NCBI GenBank assembly: GCA_049517335.1
Contig: JBEKSD010000015.1
Span: 1 to 38,306, forward strand
Source of the DNA: Candidatus Omnitrophota bacterium
Lineage (GTDB): Bacteria; Omnitrophota; Gorgyraeia; Gygaellales; Profunditerraquicolaceae
DNA: 38,306 nucleotides
Direction: 5' to 3'
Of this stretch, positions 26,293 to 36,129 are shown piece after piece. Each line of letters opens with the position of its first letter. The first letter of the stretch is position 1. A program made the position numbers and the translations under genes. Under the pieces are notes generated by a model. That model did no database searches. It saw only the letters and a list, made by a program, of their open reading frames with translations, and was not told the DNA's origin.

Positions 26293-27626
26293 GCCTCCAA
26301 TGCCTGCATAATCCCTCTTGCCTTAATCAGCGTTTCCTTATATTCCTCGCCGGGTTTTGAATCCGCGACTATCCCTCCCCCGGATGAAAAATAAATCCTA
26401 TTGCCTTTTTTTAAAATTGTGCGGATTAAAATACTCATCTGCATATCCTGCGAAAAACTTAAATAGCCGAAGGATCCCGTATAAATTGAGCGCTCATCAG
26501 GCTCCAGCTCCTCGATAATCTGCATTGCGCGTATTTTGGGGCAACCGGTAATGGAGCCTCCAGGCGAACAGGCAGCCAACAGGTCAATCCTATCCTTATC
26601 CTTAAACAGCCTGCCTGAAACATTGGCTATTGTCTGGAATACCGTACTGTATTCCTCAATCTCCCTTAGGGAATTGACTTTAATGGAATCATAATTGCAA
26701 ACCCGGCCTAAATCATTCCTCTCTAAGTCCACAATCATCACCAATTCAGCCTTATCTTTTGGGCTTTTAATTAAGTCTTTTTTCAGCCTTTTATCTTCTC
26801 TTCTATCCTGAGAACGCGGCCGGGTGCCTTTCATCGGCCGGGTAATGACAATGCCGTTTTTTAATTTTAAAAAACATTCCGGCGAAGAGCTGATAATCTG
26901 GAAAGGTCCTGCGTCAAAATATGAGCTGAAATACGAGGGACTCACCCTGCGTAAGCGCCCGTAAATTTCCGCAGCGCTTAAATTACATTCTGCCTCAAAC
27001 CTCTGGGAAAGATTAACCTGATAAATGTCCCCGGCTTTAATATATTTTTTTGCTTTTTTTACCGCAGAAACATAGGCGGACCTGCTTAAGTTTGATTTTA
27101 AATTACGTATTTTTACGCTCTGCCTATCGCTCTTTGCAGCTGCCGCGGGAATACCTACCAATAATTTATCCATTCTTTCCAGATTTTTACGGCAAAGGGC
27201 TTTTTGCAGCCGTTCATTTTTTTCCGGAAAGCCGATACTGAATACCCTTGCGTTATTTTGTAAATGGTCAATGATTAAAACGGTATTATAAAAAGCGAAC
27301 AGCGCTTCCGGCACCCTGAGGCTTTCTTTGCCTTTACTTTTAGGATAAGCCAGATAACCCAGCGCTCCTCCGGAAAAAGGCGTTGCCCCCTGTTTAAGAA
27401 TTTTGAATTTATCCAATTCAATTCTTAATTTCCGTAATACCGCTTCCTGGCTGCCTGACAATATCTGGAATGGCTCGTACCCCAGGAAAGAATAGCGGCC
27501 CAAAGACAGGTTATTATTTAGGCTGCTGTCAAGAAAAAAACAATTTGCGGTATCCTTAAACGCGCTAAAAATTTCCAAAATAGGGGAATTTAACTTATAC
27601 GGCTTCCAAGTGCAATATGCCATCAA
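26289..27626 (-). CDS. pabB: Aminodeoxychorismate synthase component I
   Basis: YQVNLSQ, SSPE, PMKGTRPR (PabB-type Lys rather than TrpE PIAGT), MIVDLERNDLGR, PGGSITGCPK. Confidence 0.88.
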   Translation of the reverse strand: MMAYCTWKPYKLNSPILEIFSAFKDTANCFFLDSSLNNNLSLGRYSFLGYEPFQILSGSQEAVLRKLRIELDKFKILKQGATPFSGGALGYLAYPKSKGKESLRVPEALFAFYNTVLIIDHLQNNARVFSIGFPEKNERLQKALCRKNLERMDKLLVGIPAAAAKSDRQSVKIRNLKSNLSRSAYVSAVKKAKKYIKAGDIYQVNLSQRFEAECNLSAAEIYGRLRRVSPSYFSSYFDAGPFQIISSSPECFLKLKNGIVITRPMKGTRPRSQDRREDKRLKKDLIKSPKDKAELVMIVDLERNDLGRVCNYDSIKVNSLREIEEYSTVFQTIANVSGRLFKDKDRIDLLAACSPGGSITGCPKIRAMQIIEELEPDERSIYTGSFGYLSFSQDMQMSILIRTILKKGNRIYFSSGGGIVADSKPGEEYKETLIKARGIMQALEA

Positions 27627-28416
27627 TCCTGAACGTGCGCTCCTCGCGCTTTAAACAACAGTATCCAATCAAATAACTGCGGCCGTTTTCCTGCTTGATT
27701 TCTTTAGGGACAACCTCTCTTTCAGTCACTTCCGCGCCCGAGCTTGAAAGATATTTAATTTTAACATTCACCCCTAGATTAATCGCCTCCTGAATTTCAG
27801 CTATCCTCTGGATGAGAATATCTTCTAAAAAACTCTTGTCAATAGAGAATAGGTGGCTAAAACTCTTAAAATCAAATATTCCTTTTGAGAGGAGTAACTC
27901 CTTCAATTTATTGAATACCCCGAGAGTCAACTCAACATCGGAAAAAGCACGGTGCGCCTGCTGGGTATCAATGCCAAGCTGCCTGGCAATGAACCAAAGC
28001 GCGTAGCGCTCCTGCCCGGGGAGGAGACGGCGCGCCATTTTCAATATATCAACCACCTGCACGCCCTTTAACGGTTCCCTGTTGATAAGCTTTAATTCGT
28101 TGTTTAAAAACTTTAAATCAAAGCCGGCATTGTATGAACACAGACAGCTACCTTTAATAAATTCCAGGAACTCAGGCAGCATCGTTTCCGCCTCGGGCGC
28201 GTCTTTAAGCATCTCCTGCGAAATATTGTTCACCGCGAACGCCGCAGGAGAAATGGGGTGTTTAGGGTTAAGCAGAGTCTGAAAAGTGGAAATCCTGTTA
28301 TTTCCTTTAAACCTTAAAGCGGCAATTTCAACCACCCTGTCCCCTGCTTCAGGCTCAAGCCCGGTTGTTTCCGTATCAAAAATTACAAACTCGGCCTCAT
28401 CCAAATGCGCACTCAT
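27595..28416 (-). CDS. DEDDh (DnaQ-like) 3'-5' exonuclease fused to a C-terminal WYL domain
   Basis: FDTETTG, YNAGFD, HRAFSD; then IKYLSSSG..TEREVVP...YLIGYCCLKREERTFRIDGI. Confidence 0.88.
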   Translation of the reverse strand: MSAHLDEAEFVIFDTETTGLEPEAGDRVVEIAALRFKGNNRISTFQTLLNPKHPISPAAFAVNNISQEMLKDAPEAETMLPEFLEFIKGSCLCSYNAGFDLKFLNNELKLINREPLKGVQVVDILKMARRLLPGQERYALWFIARQLGIDTQQAHRAFSDVELTLGVFNKLKELLLSKGIFDFKSFSHLFSIDKSFLEDILIQRIAEIQEAINLGVNVKIKYLSSSGAEVTEREVVPKEIKQENGRSYLIGYCCLKREERTFRIDGILHLEAV

Positions 28417-29303
28417 ATTTTTACAATATATGCCGGAACCAGTTTTACGGGATGATAAAGAAGCTTTGTTTTTTTTAGATTATCCAGCCCCGAATCATCC
28501 ATGATATTAATATATTTGTATCTGCTTAACGCTTTGGAGAATTCAGCAAATATAAATTGGGCAAGGCCTTTTACCGACAAATCAGTTATTTCATAAAGAA
28601 TGCAGAAAGTCTCTTTATTCAGCTTAAACCCGAACGTAAAACCCTTCAATTCCTTATCTATCCTGACGACAATACCCTGAAAACCCAACTTAAAGTAATT
28701 ATCTATCGCCACTTTTAAAGTTCTAAAACTATCATGCATCATCCCGGTATAAAAAGAGTCATTATTTTCATTTGCGCGCTCATTCATCCAGTAAGCATAG
28801 AGGTTAAGGCAGTCTTTAAAGTCAGGGGTAGAAATTTCTTTACAGGTAAAATCATTATGTTTGACAAAGTAATTGCGGCTTGCGCGCTGCGATTTGAATT
28901 TATTCCCCCTTAAAGAAGCAAGCTCTTTTTGCAGACATACGTAGTCGTGCGATTTCAAAACACAATTAAGCCCGCACTTTTTATAAAAATCCGTATCAAG
29001 TGAGCCGATATTCTCAATGCGGCTAACCTGCCTATTTTTATTCAAACTACCCAATTCTTTAAATACCTTCTCAACTGCCTTTTTGCTTTTCTCTTGCCCA
29101 AGCAGGGAAAGATACAGAAACGCCCCTGTGTTATCCTTAAATACAACACATAGATTATCTTCAATTATGCACCATTTGATTTCAAAGAGCGCCTTCCAGA
29201 TATAGATATTCTCAAAGGCATACGCCGACAATTCACAAGAATTGAATTTTAGAAATTTATCAAAAACCTTTCTGTCTTTTAAGGCGATACTTTTAAAACT
29301 CAT
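28413..29303 (-). CDS. DUF2156 family (MprF C-terminal-like, GNAT-fold) putative aminoacyl transferase
   Basis: YAFENIYIW, DYV..L..LRGNK...R...N.F, KGLAQFI, YINIMDDSGLDNLKKTKLLYHP. Confidence 0.8.
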   Translation of the reverse strand: MSFKSIALKDRKVFDKFLKFNSCELSAYAFENIYIWKALFEIKWCIIEDNLCVVFKDNTGAFLYLSLLGQEKSKKAVEKVFKELGSLNKNRQVSRIENIGSLDTDFYKKCGLNCVLKSHDYVCLQKELASLRGNKFKSQRASRNYFVKHNDFTCKEISTPDFKDCLNLYAYWMNERANENNDSFYTGMMHDSFRTLKVAIDNYFKLGFQGIVVRIDKELKGFTFGFKLNKETFCILYEITDLSVKGLAQFIFAEFSKALSRYKYINIMDDSGLDNLKKTKLLYHPVKLVPAYIVKI

Positions 29304-29793
29304 CGGGGCTTTTTAATTCCGCGACATCCAATGCGTCTTCGTAGGCTTGCAGGATATGGGGATTTTCCTTCAACAACTCTACCTGAGCAGGAGAGTTTAG
29401 ATAGCTGGTTAAATACTCCGCATAGGCTTTGAATTCTTTCGTATCAATCGTGCCTGCCGCGTACGGGCAGTTTAAATCCACGGTCAAATTTACTTTTTTA
29501 TTACGCATGGAAAGCAGAAAAGGATACAGCTGGCATTCAAACGGCCGGACATCATAGACCTTACATTTATTATCCGCATGGTTTAAAAAAGGACAGAGAT
29601 AAGTTTCTGAGCCTTCGCAGCTAACCGGAAGTATCCTCTTTTCTATTGAAAGTGTTGCCGGAGGAATATTGCGATCCAACAGGTTTTGTATATCCTCATC
29701 CAAAAGGCAGGGAGCCCAGACAGAGTCCATATCCTTAAACCTGCAGCATCCCTTACATTTTAAACAAGCCTCGGAAGGCACAAATTGTTTCAT
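29293..29793 (-). CDS. YkgJ-family cysteine-cluster (CxxCxxCC) protein
   Basis: CLKCKGCC, CPFL, CKVYDVRPFECQLYPF. Confidence 0.88.
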   Translation of the reverse strand: MKQFVPSEACLKCKGCCRFKDMDSVWAPCLLDEDIQNLLDRNIPPATLSIEKRILPVSCEGSETYLCPFLNHADNKCKVYDVRPFECQLYPFLLSMRNKKVNLTVDLNCPYAAGTIDTKEFKAYAEYLTSYLNSPAQVELLKENPHILQAYEDALDVAELKSPDEF

Positions 29794-30113
29794 TATTTCA
29801 CTATACTCCCTAATTTCATCTCTCTTAAAGGAATGACTATGGAAATCCCGTTCTCATCGGAAGCTGCCAAAATCATACCCTGACTTTCAACGCCGCGCAA
29901 AACCGCTGGCTCAAGGTTATCCACCAAAACCACCTGTTTACCGACTAAGTCTTCCTTTTGATAACTCCCCCTGATCCCCGCAACTACCTGTTTAGTTTTA
30001 TCCCCCACATCAAGGGTAATAACATAGAGTCTGTCCGCATTGGGGTGTTCGCTAACCTCTTTAATTTGAGCAACTTTTAGCTCTAACTTTTTAAAATCTT
30101 CGATTGTAGCCAT
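29793..30113 (-). CDS. Stand-alone tRNA-binding OB domain (Trbp111 / MetRS C-terminal domain-like)
   Basis: IEDFKKLELKVA, HPNADRL, QVVAGI, NLEPAVLRGVESQGMILAA; AAGGAG RBS. Confidence 0.9.
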   Translation of the reverse strand: MATIEDFKKLELKVAQIKEVSEHPNADRLYVITLDVGDKTKQVVAGIRGSYQKEDLVGKQVVLVDNLEPAVLRGVESQGMILAASDENGISIVIPLREMKLGSIVK

Positions 30114-30130
30114 ATAGTCTCCTTAGATAT

Positions 30131-31507
30131 TTATATAATAATACCACAGGCAGGCTCAGTTGACAAGAAGGAGCTCCTATATATATTTTCCATATCTTGC
30201 GCATTCTCTTCTATGCTTCTTAAGGCTTTGGCGCCTTGCTTAAGGTGGGAAAGCAACCCGGGGTTTTCAAAGAACAATTCCAGTTTCCTTTTTAGGTCGT
30301 CAATATTGTTGGGCTCAAAAAGTAGCCCATTCGTTCCTTCTTTAATCAATTCCGGGATGCCTCCTATGCGAGAAGCCACTACAGGGATATGGGAAGCTAA
30401 GGCTTCTAATATAATAAGCGGAGTGTTTTCAGGCCAGATTGAAGGAACGACTAATACATCAATACTGGATAGCACTTTTCCTATATAAGCATTGTCAAAA
30501 CTACCCATCAAACAGATACGCGAATCGCCTTTGGCCTTTTTCTTTAATTCTTTATAAAATGATTCATAACCCGCGTACGCCTTCGCCTTTCCATATATGA
30601 AAAACCTGGCATGAGGAGCGCTAAGCTTACGAAATGCCTTCACCAAGAGATCAATTCCTTTCATCGGTAGTAACGTCCCCACATAGCCGAATCGAACTGT
30701 TTGCTTGTCTGCTTTGTGCTCTATTGGGATAGAAGGATTGATTATGCCGTGCCTACAGGTAATAATCTTTTCAACAGGCACGCCCTTTTTTAAAAATACG
30801 CTTCTTGCAAACTCCGAAGGGGCAATAAAAAGGCTGATTTTAGAGGCTGCTTCTTCTGCGGCAAATAATCTTTGCGCAATTAAGTCCGGAAAACTTTCTT
30901 TTACTTCCGCACGCGATTCCATATCATAAAAATAAGTTTTTTTTATAACCTGTAATAGCCAAGACGGACTATATTTTCTGAGTAAATTATAAAAAAACAT
31001 AATGTGTCTTCTGATGAAAAATTGTGGCCTTATGCAAGATACACATAATCCTTGGTTGCTGCCAGCGCATACCTGTAACTGTTCAGTAAGGAGTTGGCCC
31101 TTAGGGCAGAATAACCAATAATCATTGATAGTAAAAACTACCGGAATGCCTCTTTGGCGTGATTGTTTGATGATACCCAGAGAAAGAAACAGTAAATGTT
31201 GTATATGCACGATATCCGGTTTCAAAGAATCCAGCAGGCAGCCGAATGCATTATCGATATGCCCATTAAGATATGTATCCCTGAAAGAAGAGCTTTTATT
31301 CAAGGTATGATTCAATGCAAATGTAGGAATGCCGTCATACTCCCCGGAAGATAAACTGTATTCTTTTTTCTCGGGCTCATTTTTCCTGAAGAAAACGGAT
31401 ACCTCATGCCCTTTTTCTTGCAGCGCCTTGCTGAGCCTATAGGTATATATTTCTGTACCTGCAAAATTATCGGGCACAAAACTATGGACAACCTGTAAAA
31501 TTCTCAT
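30131..31507 (-). CDS. GT4 family glycosyltransferase with a Cys-rich insert
   Basis: AGTEIY, PDIVHIQH, DYWLFCP, GYVGTL...KG, PSIWPENTPLIILEA. Confidence 0.9.
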   Translation of the reverse strand: MRILQVVHSFVPDNFAGTEIYTYRLSKALQEKGHEVSVFFRKNEPEKKEYSLSSGEYDGIPTFALNHTLNKSSSFRDTYLNGHIDNAFGCLLDSLKPDIVHIQHLLFLSLGIIKQSRQRGIPVVFTINDYWLFCPKGQLLTEQLQVCAGSNQGLCVSCIRPQFFIRRHIMFFYNLLRKYSPSWLLQVIKKTYFYDMESRAEVKESFPDLIAQRLFAAEEAASKISLFIAPSEFARSVFLKKGVPVEKIITCRHGIINPSIPIEHKADKQTVRFGYVGTLLPMKGIDLLVKAFRKLSAPHARFFIYGKAKAYAGYESFYKELKKKAKGDSRICLMGSFDNAYIGKVLSSIDVLVVPSIWPENTPLIILEALASHIPVVASRIGGIPELIKEGTNGLLFEPNNIDDLKRKLELFFENPGLLSHLKQGAKALRSIEENAQDMENIYRSSFLSTEPACGIII

Positions 31508-31518
31508 TCCTATCCTTT

Positions 31519-33927
31519 TTAAGCCTTTAAGCTCCGTGAATACATTTCAAGCGTATTTTCGACCATAATCTCTTGAGAGAAATAGTCTTCAACGTGTCTG
31601 CGCGCAGATTTTCCCATTATTTCAGCCCGGCTTTTATCTTCCAAAAGGTAAATAATTGCATTAGCTAGTTTTTCTATGTCTGCGGGAGGAACTAATACGC
31701 CTGTTACGCCATCCTTAATTACTTCCGGCACGCCCCCCACGCCGCACCCGATGACCGGCTTGGCATAAGACATTGCTTCAACATAAATAAGGCCGAAAGA
31801 TTCGTAAAGCGAAGGCGCAACAAAAACATCACATTCCCGGTAATACCTACTTAAATCTTCCGGAGGAACATATCCTACGAATTCCACATTTTTTCTGCAA
31901 TATTCCGGAAGCATAGCTATGAGCTGCTTCTTGAACGAATGTTTCGCATCTCCTGAAAAACTTACACTTGCGTCATCTATAAAGCTATCTCTGCCCACAA
32001 TAATGAAGCGCGCATTGGGAAATTTATTTACCGCATAAGGAATGGCCTGTATTAAAATATGAACACCTTTTCTCTTTTCAAGGCGTCCCACAAATAATAC
32101 CGTCGGCTCGGCGTTATACTTCACGTGACCATTCAAATCCGGTAAAGGTATGCCTAAGGGAACGATCCCAATCTTCTCTAGGGGAATGCCGACTTCGTGA
32201 GCGACAAACCGGGCATGCGCATTGGTGGAACAAATAACCAAATCGCTGCGTGCAATACCAGCATTCTCTAGCCAGCAACTCAGGCGCCTGTCCATAGTCT
32301 TTTCCCAACTCAGGAAATTAATGACTTCAGAGAAATGAGTATGCAGACGGGTTACCAAAGGCGTCTTTTTGTGCAGGCTATAAATGAATCCTTCTGCGGA
32401 TAGATTAGGCGCCTCAATAATATCAATATGATGCTTTTTAATAACCTCTTTTAATTTATCATATATGCTCTGGCTGTACTCCCACCGTAATAGGAATTCC
32501 CTAAAGATTCCTTTAAAAGGAAAATTTGTCTTATGCGCAACCTGATGTACATACACGCCATTATCTTCATACTCCTTGTCTACATCTAAACCCTGACAGA
32601 TAACATGGACGTTCTGGCCGGCTGCTGCCAATCCTTGCGCTAAATTATACGAATATGTCCCTATCCCCCCCCAAGCAGTATCAGGCGGGTATTCGCGGGA
32701 GACAAGACAGATAGAAAGATACTTAACTACCTTATCGACTTTCTGACCGTTTTTTCTTAAAGCTACTACGGAACAAAGCTTTCCATTCTCATTACTTTCT
32801 TTCCTTGTCCAGGCTTCTTTTAATTTTTCTTGTATTGAACGAGAATGAGCAAACAAAGTTACATGGCAATTGGCACAGGATGCAGGCAACTTGTTAGTCA
32901 ATATTTTATTTCGAAAATCTGAGAAATTTTTACCAAGCCACACCTCTTGCAAAGATTTCTCTTTTAGATTATCTTCATAAGAATATTTAGCCAAACAGCA
33001 TGGGGCACAGTCACCAATAGAGCCTACAAGGATGCGGGACCACGGCTCATAACAACATACAGATAGTAGTGGTGGTTCTCCCGCTTGTTCTGTCTTAGAA
33101 GTATTAAAAGAAGTAAGAAACTGGCTAAGATTTCCTGCTTTTTCTATCAACTGAGGATAAAGATTAAAATTAATAATATTAGTACGTACTTTATGCTGAT
33201 TAAGAAAATCTTTTATCTTAGGCATCTGGTTCTCTATAATTTTAAAGTCTTCTGTACCATCTAATGCCAAATCCGTCCCCCGATAAGAAAGCACCTTTAA
33301 TATTTCAAAACCTACATGAGCAGCTCCATAAGTATCTCCCAACTCAAGCATAGGTAAAATATGCCTAATGTTAGGTTTTGAAAGTACGCACTGTATTATT
33401 ATCTCTGGGAGGTTAGTCTGGGCGAGTTTCTTATATTTACAAAAAAGATCCAAGTTATTTATTACCTTAGTGAATGTTCCTTTTGGAGGCCTCAAAGAGT
33501 CATTTATATCTGCATTCGGGCCATCAAGACTAACAATAATCTGGTCCCATCCAATATCTACAAATAGCTTTATATCATCATAATTAAATAGGGTAGCGTT
33601 GGTTGTCATGCATCCTTTTAACCCCAATGCCTTAATTTTCTTAGCCATAGCAATGGTTGTTTCTTTTCGCAGTAAGGGTTCTCCTCCGCCGCTAATCTCA
33701 AACTCTCTCACTCCTAATTGCCCAGCCTCATCTATGATTTTAAGAATCCTCTCTTCTGATAACTCCTGCTCAACCCAAGGAATTTTGCCTTCAGGATTAA
33801 CAGCCCACCGCCAACAAGAGTGACACTGTAAATTACAACGGTCTGTGGGAAATAAATGTACTCTAAACGGTGGCGCCCAGCCTCCCCGCAACCAAGGTAT
33901 TAAATGTTGCCCAATCTCTTCATACAT
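31519..33927 (-). CDS. Radical SAM/SPASM domain fused to a GT4 glycosyltransferase
   Basis: CNLQCHSC, SGGGEPL, CYEPW...GDCAPCC...CANC; then SREYPP..GGIGTY, FVGRLEKRKG, PSLYESFGLIYVEAM. Confidence 0.9.
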   Translation of the reverse strand: MYEEIGQHLIPWLRGGWAPPFRVHLFPTDRCNLQCHSCWRWAVNPEGKIPWVEQELSEERILKIIDEAGQLGVREFEISGGGEPLLRKETTIAMAKKIKALGLKGCMTTNATLFNYDDIKLFVDIGWDQIIVSLDGPNADINDSLRPPKGTFTKVINNLDLFCKYKKLAQTNLPEIIIQCVLSKPNIRHILPMLELGDTYGAAHVGFEILKVLSYRGTDLALDGTEDFKIIENQMPKIKDFLNQHKVRTNIINFNLYPQLIEKAGNLSQFLTSFNTSKTEQAGEPPLLSVCCYEPWSRILVGSIGDCAPCCLAKYSYEDNLKEKSLQEVWLGKNFSDFRNKILTNKLPASCANCHVTLFAHSRSIQEKLKEAWTRKESNENGKLCSVVALRKNGQKVDKVVKYLSICLVSREYPPDTAWGGIGTYSYNLAQGLAAAGQNVHVICQGLDVDKEYEDNGVYVHQVAHKTNFPFKGIFREFLLRWEYSQSIYDKLKEVIKKHHIDIIEAPNLSAEGFIYSLHKKTPLVTRLHTHFSEVINFLSWEKTMDRRLSCWLENAGIARSDLVICSTNAHARFVAHEVGIPLEKIGIVPLGIPLPDLNGHVKYNAEPTVLFVGRLEKRKGVHILIQAIPYAVNKFPNARFIIVGRDSFIDDASVSFSGDAKHSFKKQLIAMLPEYCRKNVEFVGYVPPEDLSRYYRECDVFVAPSLYESFGLIYVEAMSYAKPVIGCGVGGVPEVIKDGVTGVLVPPADIEKLANAIIYLLEDKSRAEIMGKSARRHVEDYFSQEIMVENTLEMYSRSLKA

Positions 33928-34043
33928 TAAACAGCCCCTTCTACATTACGCTCACAGCATTCATTTATCTTCCAGATTGCTCTCCTGCTCGTGCAAATAT
34001 TACTGATTGTATAAAACTTTTGTTTTATATTTCTAACTTCTGC

Positions 34044-35159
34044 TTAACTTATCGATCGCAAATAAGATAAAACTTCCTCATCACCCACATTTAGCCCTTT
34101 ATAGGAAAGGACACAATTCATACAGAAAGGATAATTTTCAAGTCTCTTCTTTATATGGGATTCCCTCAAATTCTTCATTTTATCTGAATGATATATAGCG
34201 ACGATAGATTGTTTTCCGATATTACCCAATTTAAGGCAATAATCCACATCAATGCAGCATGGCGAAACATCGCCATTTGCCGACATATTAATCCCATACC
34301 ATAGCATACTACAGACATAAGTAAAACGCCCCTGTTCAGTAACCTGCGTTCCCTTACATCTATCCCGGCCATCCTCAATAACACTGCTCAGATGTGAAGA
34401 TAAGCCCGTTTTAAGCTTAGAAAAAGCTTGTTGCTGTAATGCCGCGAATCTTTCTTGATTAGCGTTATCAGTATCCTTCGTTTTTAACCAAAGAAAACAA
34501 TCCGTGTCAGAGAAATAAACCGGATAAGTTGGTGTGCCGACTATCCTCCAAGAAAATCCATACGCCTTAAAGATATTTATCCAAAAATCCAGAAACTCAT
34601 TCACCTCACCGATATTCTCATCAAGAATAATAGCCTGCAAAATAGGATGAAGGTTATTTAAATAGAGCCTTGCTTTTTGTTCAAGCAAGTATATCAATTG
34701 CTCATTAATCGTCTTTATATTATCCATTTTTTTTATTGCATATTGGACCTCGGGGTTGAGCGTGTCTAAACTAAAGATAAGCTCAATCGGCTTATGCGGT
34801 TCCATTGCGATAATCCCAGTAAAAGAATCAATGAAATTGCGGTTCCAACAGGCTCCATTGCTTAAAATCGCCAGCTGTTTCACTTTTAAATTAAACAAGC
34901 TGACTTTAATCATTTCAATAAGATCCGGGTTCAATAGCGGCTCCCCTACTCCGACATAGCGTACATATATGTTTTTATCAATATAAGGAGAACAACAATC
35001 ATCTTCCATAAATGTATCCAATCCCTTAAAAAGCTCATTATGCATAGCTAAAGGCAAAAGCGTATTTTTTTTGCCATGTGAAAAAGATTTTTTGCCTAAG
35101 GTACAATAGCAGCATTGAGCATTACAGAAATTAGCTGGTTCAATATTCAAATTTAGCAT
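34044..35159 (-). CDS. Radical SAM protein with SPASM/twitch domain
   Basis: CNAQCCYC, GVGEPLL, CSMLW...GDVSPCC...LGNI...CMNC. Confidence 0.88.
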   Translation of the reverse strand: MLNLNIEPANFCNAQCCYCTLGKKSFSHGKKNTLLPLAMHNELFKGLDTFMEDDCCSPYIDKNIYVRYVGVGEPLLNPDLIEMIKVSLFNLKVKQLAILSNGACWNRNFIDSFTGIIAMEPHKPIELIFSLDTLNPEVQYAIKKMDNIKTINEQLIYLLEQKARLYLNNLHPILQAIILDENIGEVNEFLDFWINIFKAYGFSWRIVGTPTYPVYFSDTDCFLWLKTKDTDNANQERFAALQQQAFSKLKTGLSSHLSSVIEDGRDRCKGTQVTEQGRFTYVCSMLWYGINMSANGDVSPCCIDVDYCLKLGNIGKQSIVAIYHSDKMKNLRESHIKKRLENYPFCMNCVLSYKGLNVGDEEVLSYLRSIS

Positions 35160-35169
35160 AATTCAAATA

Positions 35170-36129
35170 TCATCGTGCTGATTCTATATAACAATTGCTG
35201 TTACAATGGATACACATTTTTTTGTAATTGAGGCGGAATTTTCTCTTTGGAATTATAATTTCAGAAAATGGCTTTTCCAGTAAATTACCAATACGGAAAT
35301 CCTTAAAATTTCCGCAGGCATAGGCAGTCCCTTCGGGTTCGCATAAAATACTCATCCCTTTTTGAAAGACACAGGGGCCACGTCGCATACCGCCTGATAA
35401 CCAATGTAGAATAAAGTCCGCGTATCGTGTATTAAGATGGCCAGAATTTTTAAGCCTAGAAATAAATTCCGCTACTGATTTCTTTTGTCCATCATTAAGA
35501 GCAAATTCCCTCTGAGTAGACAGACTCTCAACGCCAATCTCAGAATTCGCTGCAAGCGTAAAGTTCACCCCCAAGCCCACAGCTATGCCGTATTTAAAAA
35601 CGTTATCCAAATCATGAGAGTTATTACGGTTTACCGTAAAATTGAGCCCTACGGAAAACCCGGGATATAGCGCCATCATCTCTTTTAATTCCGAGATAGT
35701 TCTTTCCGCTCCTTCAAATGCTCCGGGCGTACCCCGCACTTCATCGTGTATTTGACCAATCCCATCAAGAGAAACGGAGGTACTAAGTTTAATTTTATAC
35801 GGTAGGAGAAACGCCAAGGCCTGCTCAATAGCATCAATGACCTCTTCACTCCTAATGCCATTAGTTGAAACGTCTATTCTTTCCAAGTTAACACAAGAGC
35901 ATACTAAAGTCTTTATTACCTCTATCAAATCCTTGCGCAAAGTAGGCTCTCCACCGGTAATATTAACTACCTTTATGGATTTGTGTAAGATTTTATCTGA
36001 AAAGATCTTTTTTATATCTACGGGTGATAATTCAGAATATTTATGTTGTTTACTCCAAGCGCCGCACATAATACAGTGGGCATTGCAACGATAACTGGTA
36101 AACAAAACTACTATTGAGGGAAGGCGCAT
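35170..36129 (-). CDS. Radical SAM protein with SPASM/twitch domain
   Basis: CNAHCIMC, TGGEPTLR, STNG, VSLDG, HDEVRG, C..GTAYAC...IGNL...CIHCNSNC. Confidence 0.88.
   Translation of the reverse strand: MRLPSIVVLFTSYRCNAHCIMCGAWSKQHKYSELSPVDIKKIFSDKILHKSIKVVNITGGEPTLRKDLIEVIKTLVCSCVNLERIDVSTNGIRSEEVIDAIEQALAFLLPYKIKLSTSVSLDGIGQIHDEVRGTPGAFEGAERTISELKEMMALYPGFSVGLNFTVNRNNSHDLDNVFKYGIAVGLGVNFTLAANSEIGVESLSTQREFALNDGQKKSVAEFISRLKNSGHLNTRYADFILHWLSGGMRRGPCVFQKGMSILCEPEGTAYACGNFKDFRIGNLLEKPFSEIIIPKRKFRLNYKKMCIHCNSNCYIESAR

Noticed and set aside
25576-27626. pabB-pabC without pabA as a novel pathway
   Set aside because: The amidotransferase is commonly encoded elsewhere or shared with trpG.
33928-34043. 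Gap between rSAM genes as a possible RiPP precursor
   Set aside because: Only ORFs of 11 codons or fewer on the minus strand, with no convincing RBS spacing and no RRE/PqqD nearby.
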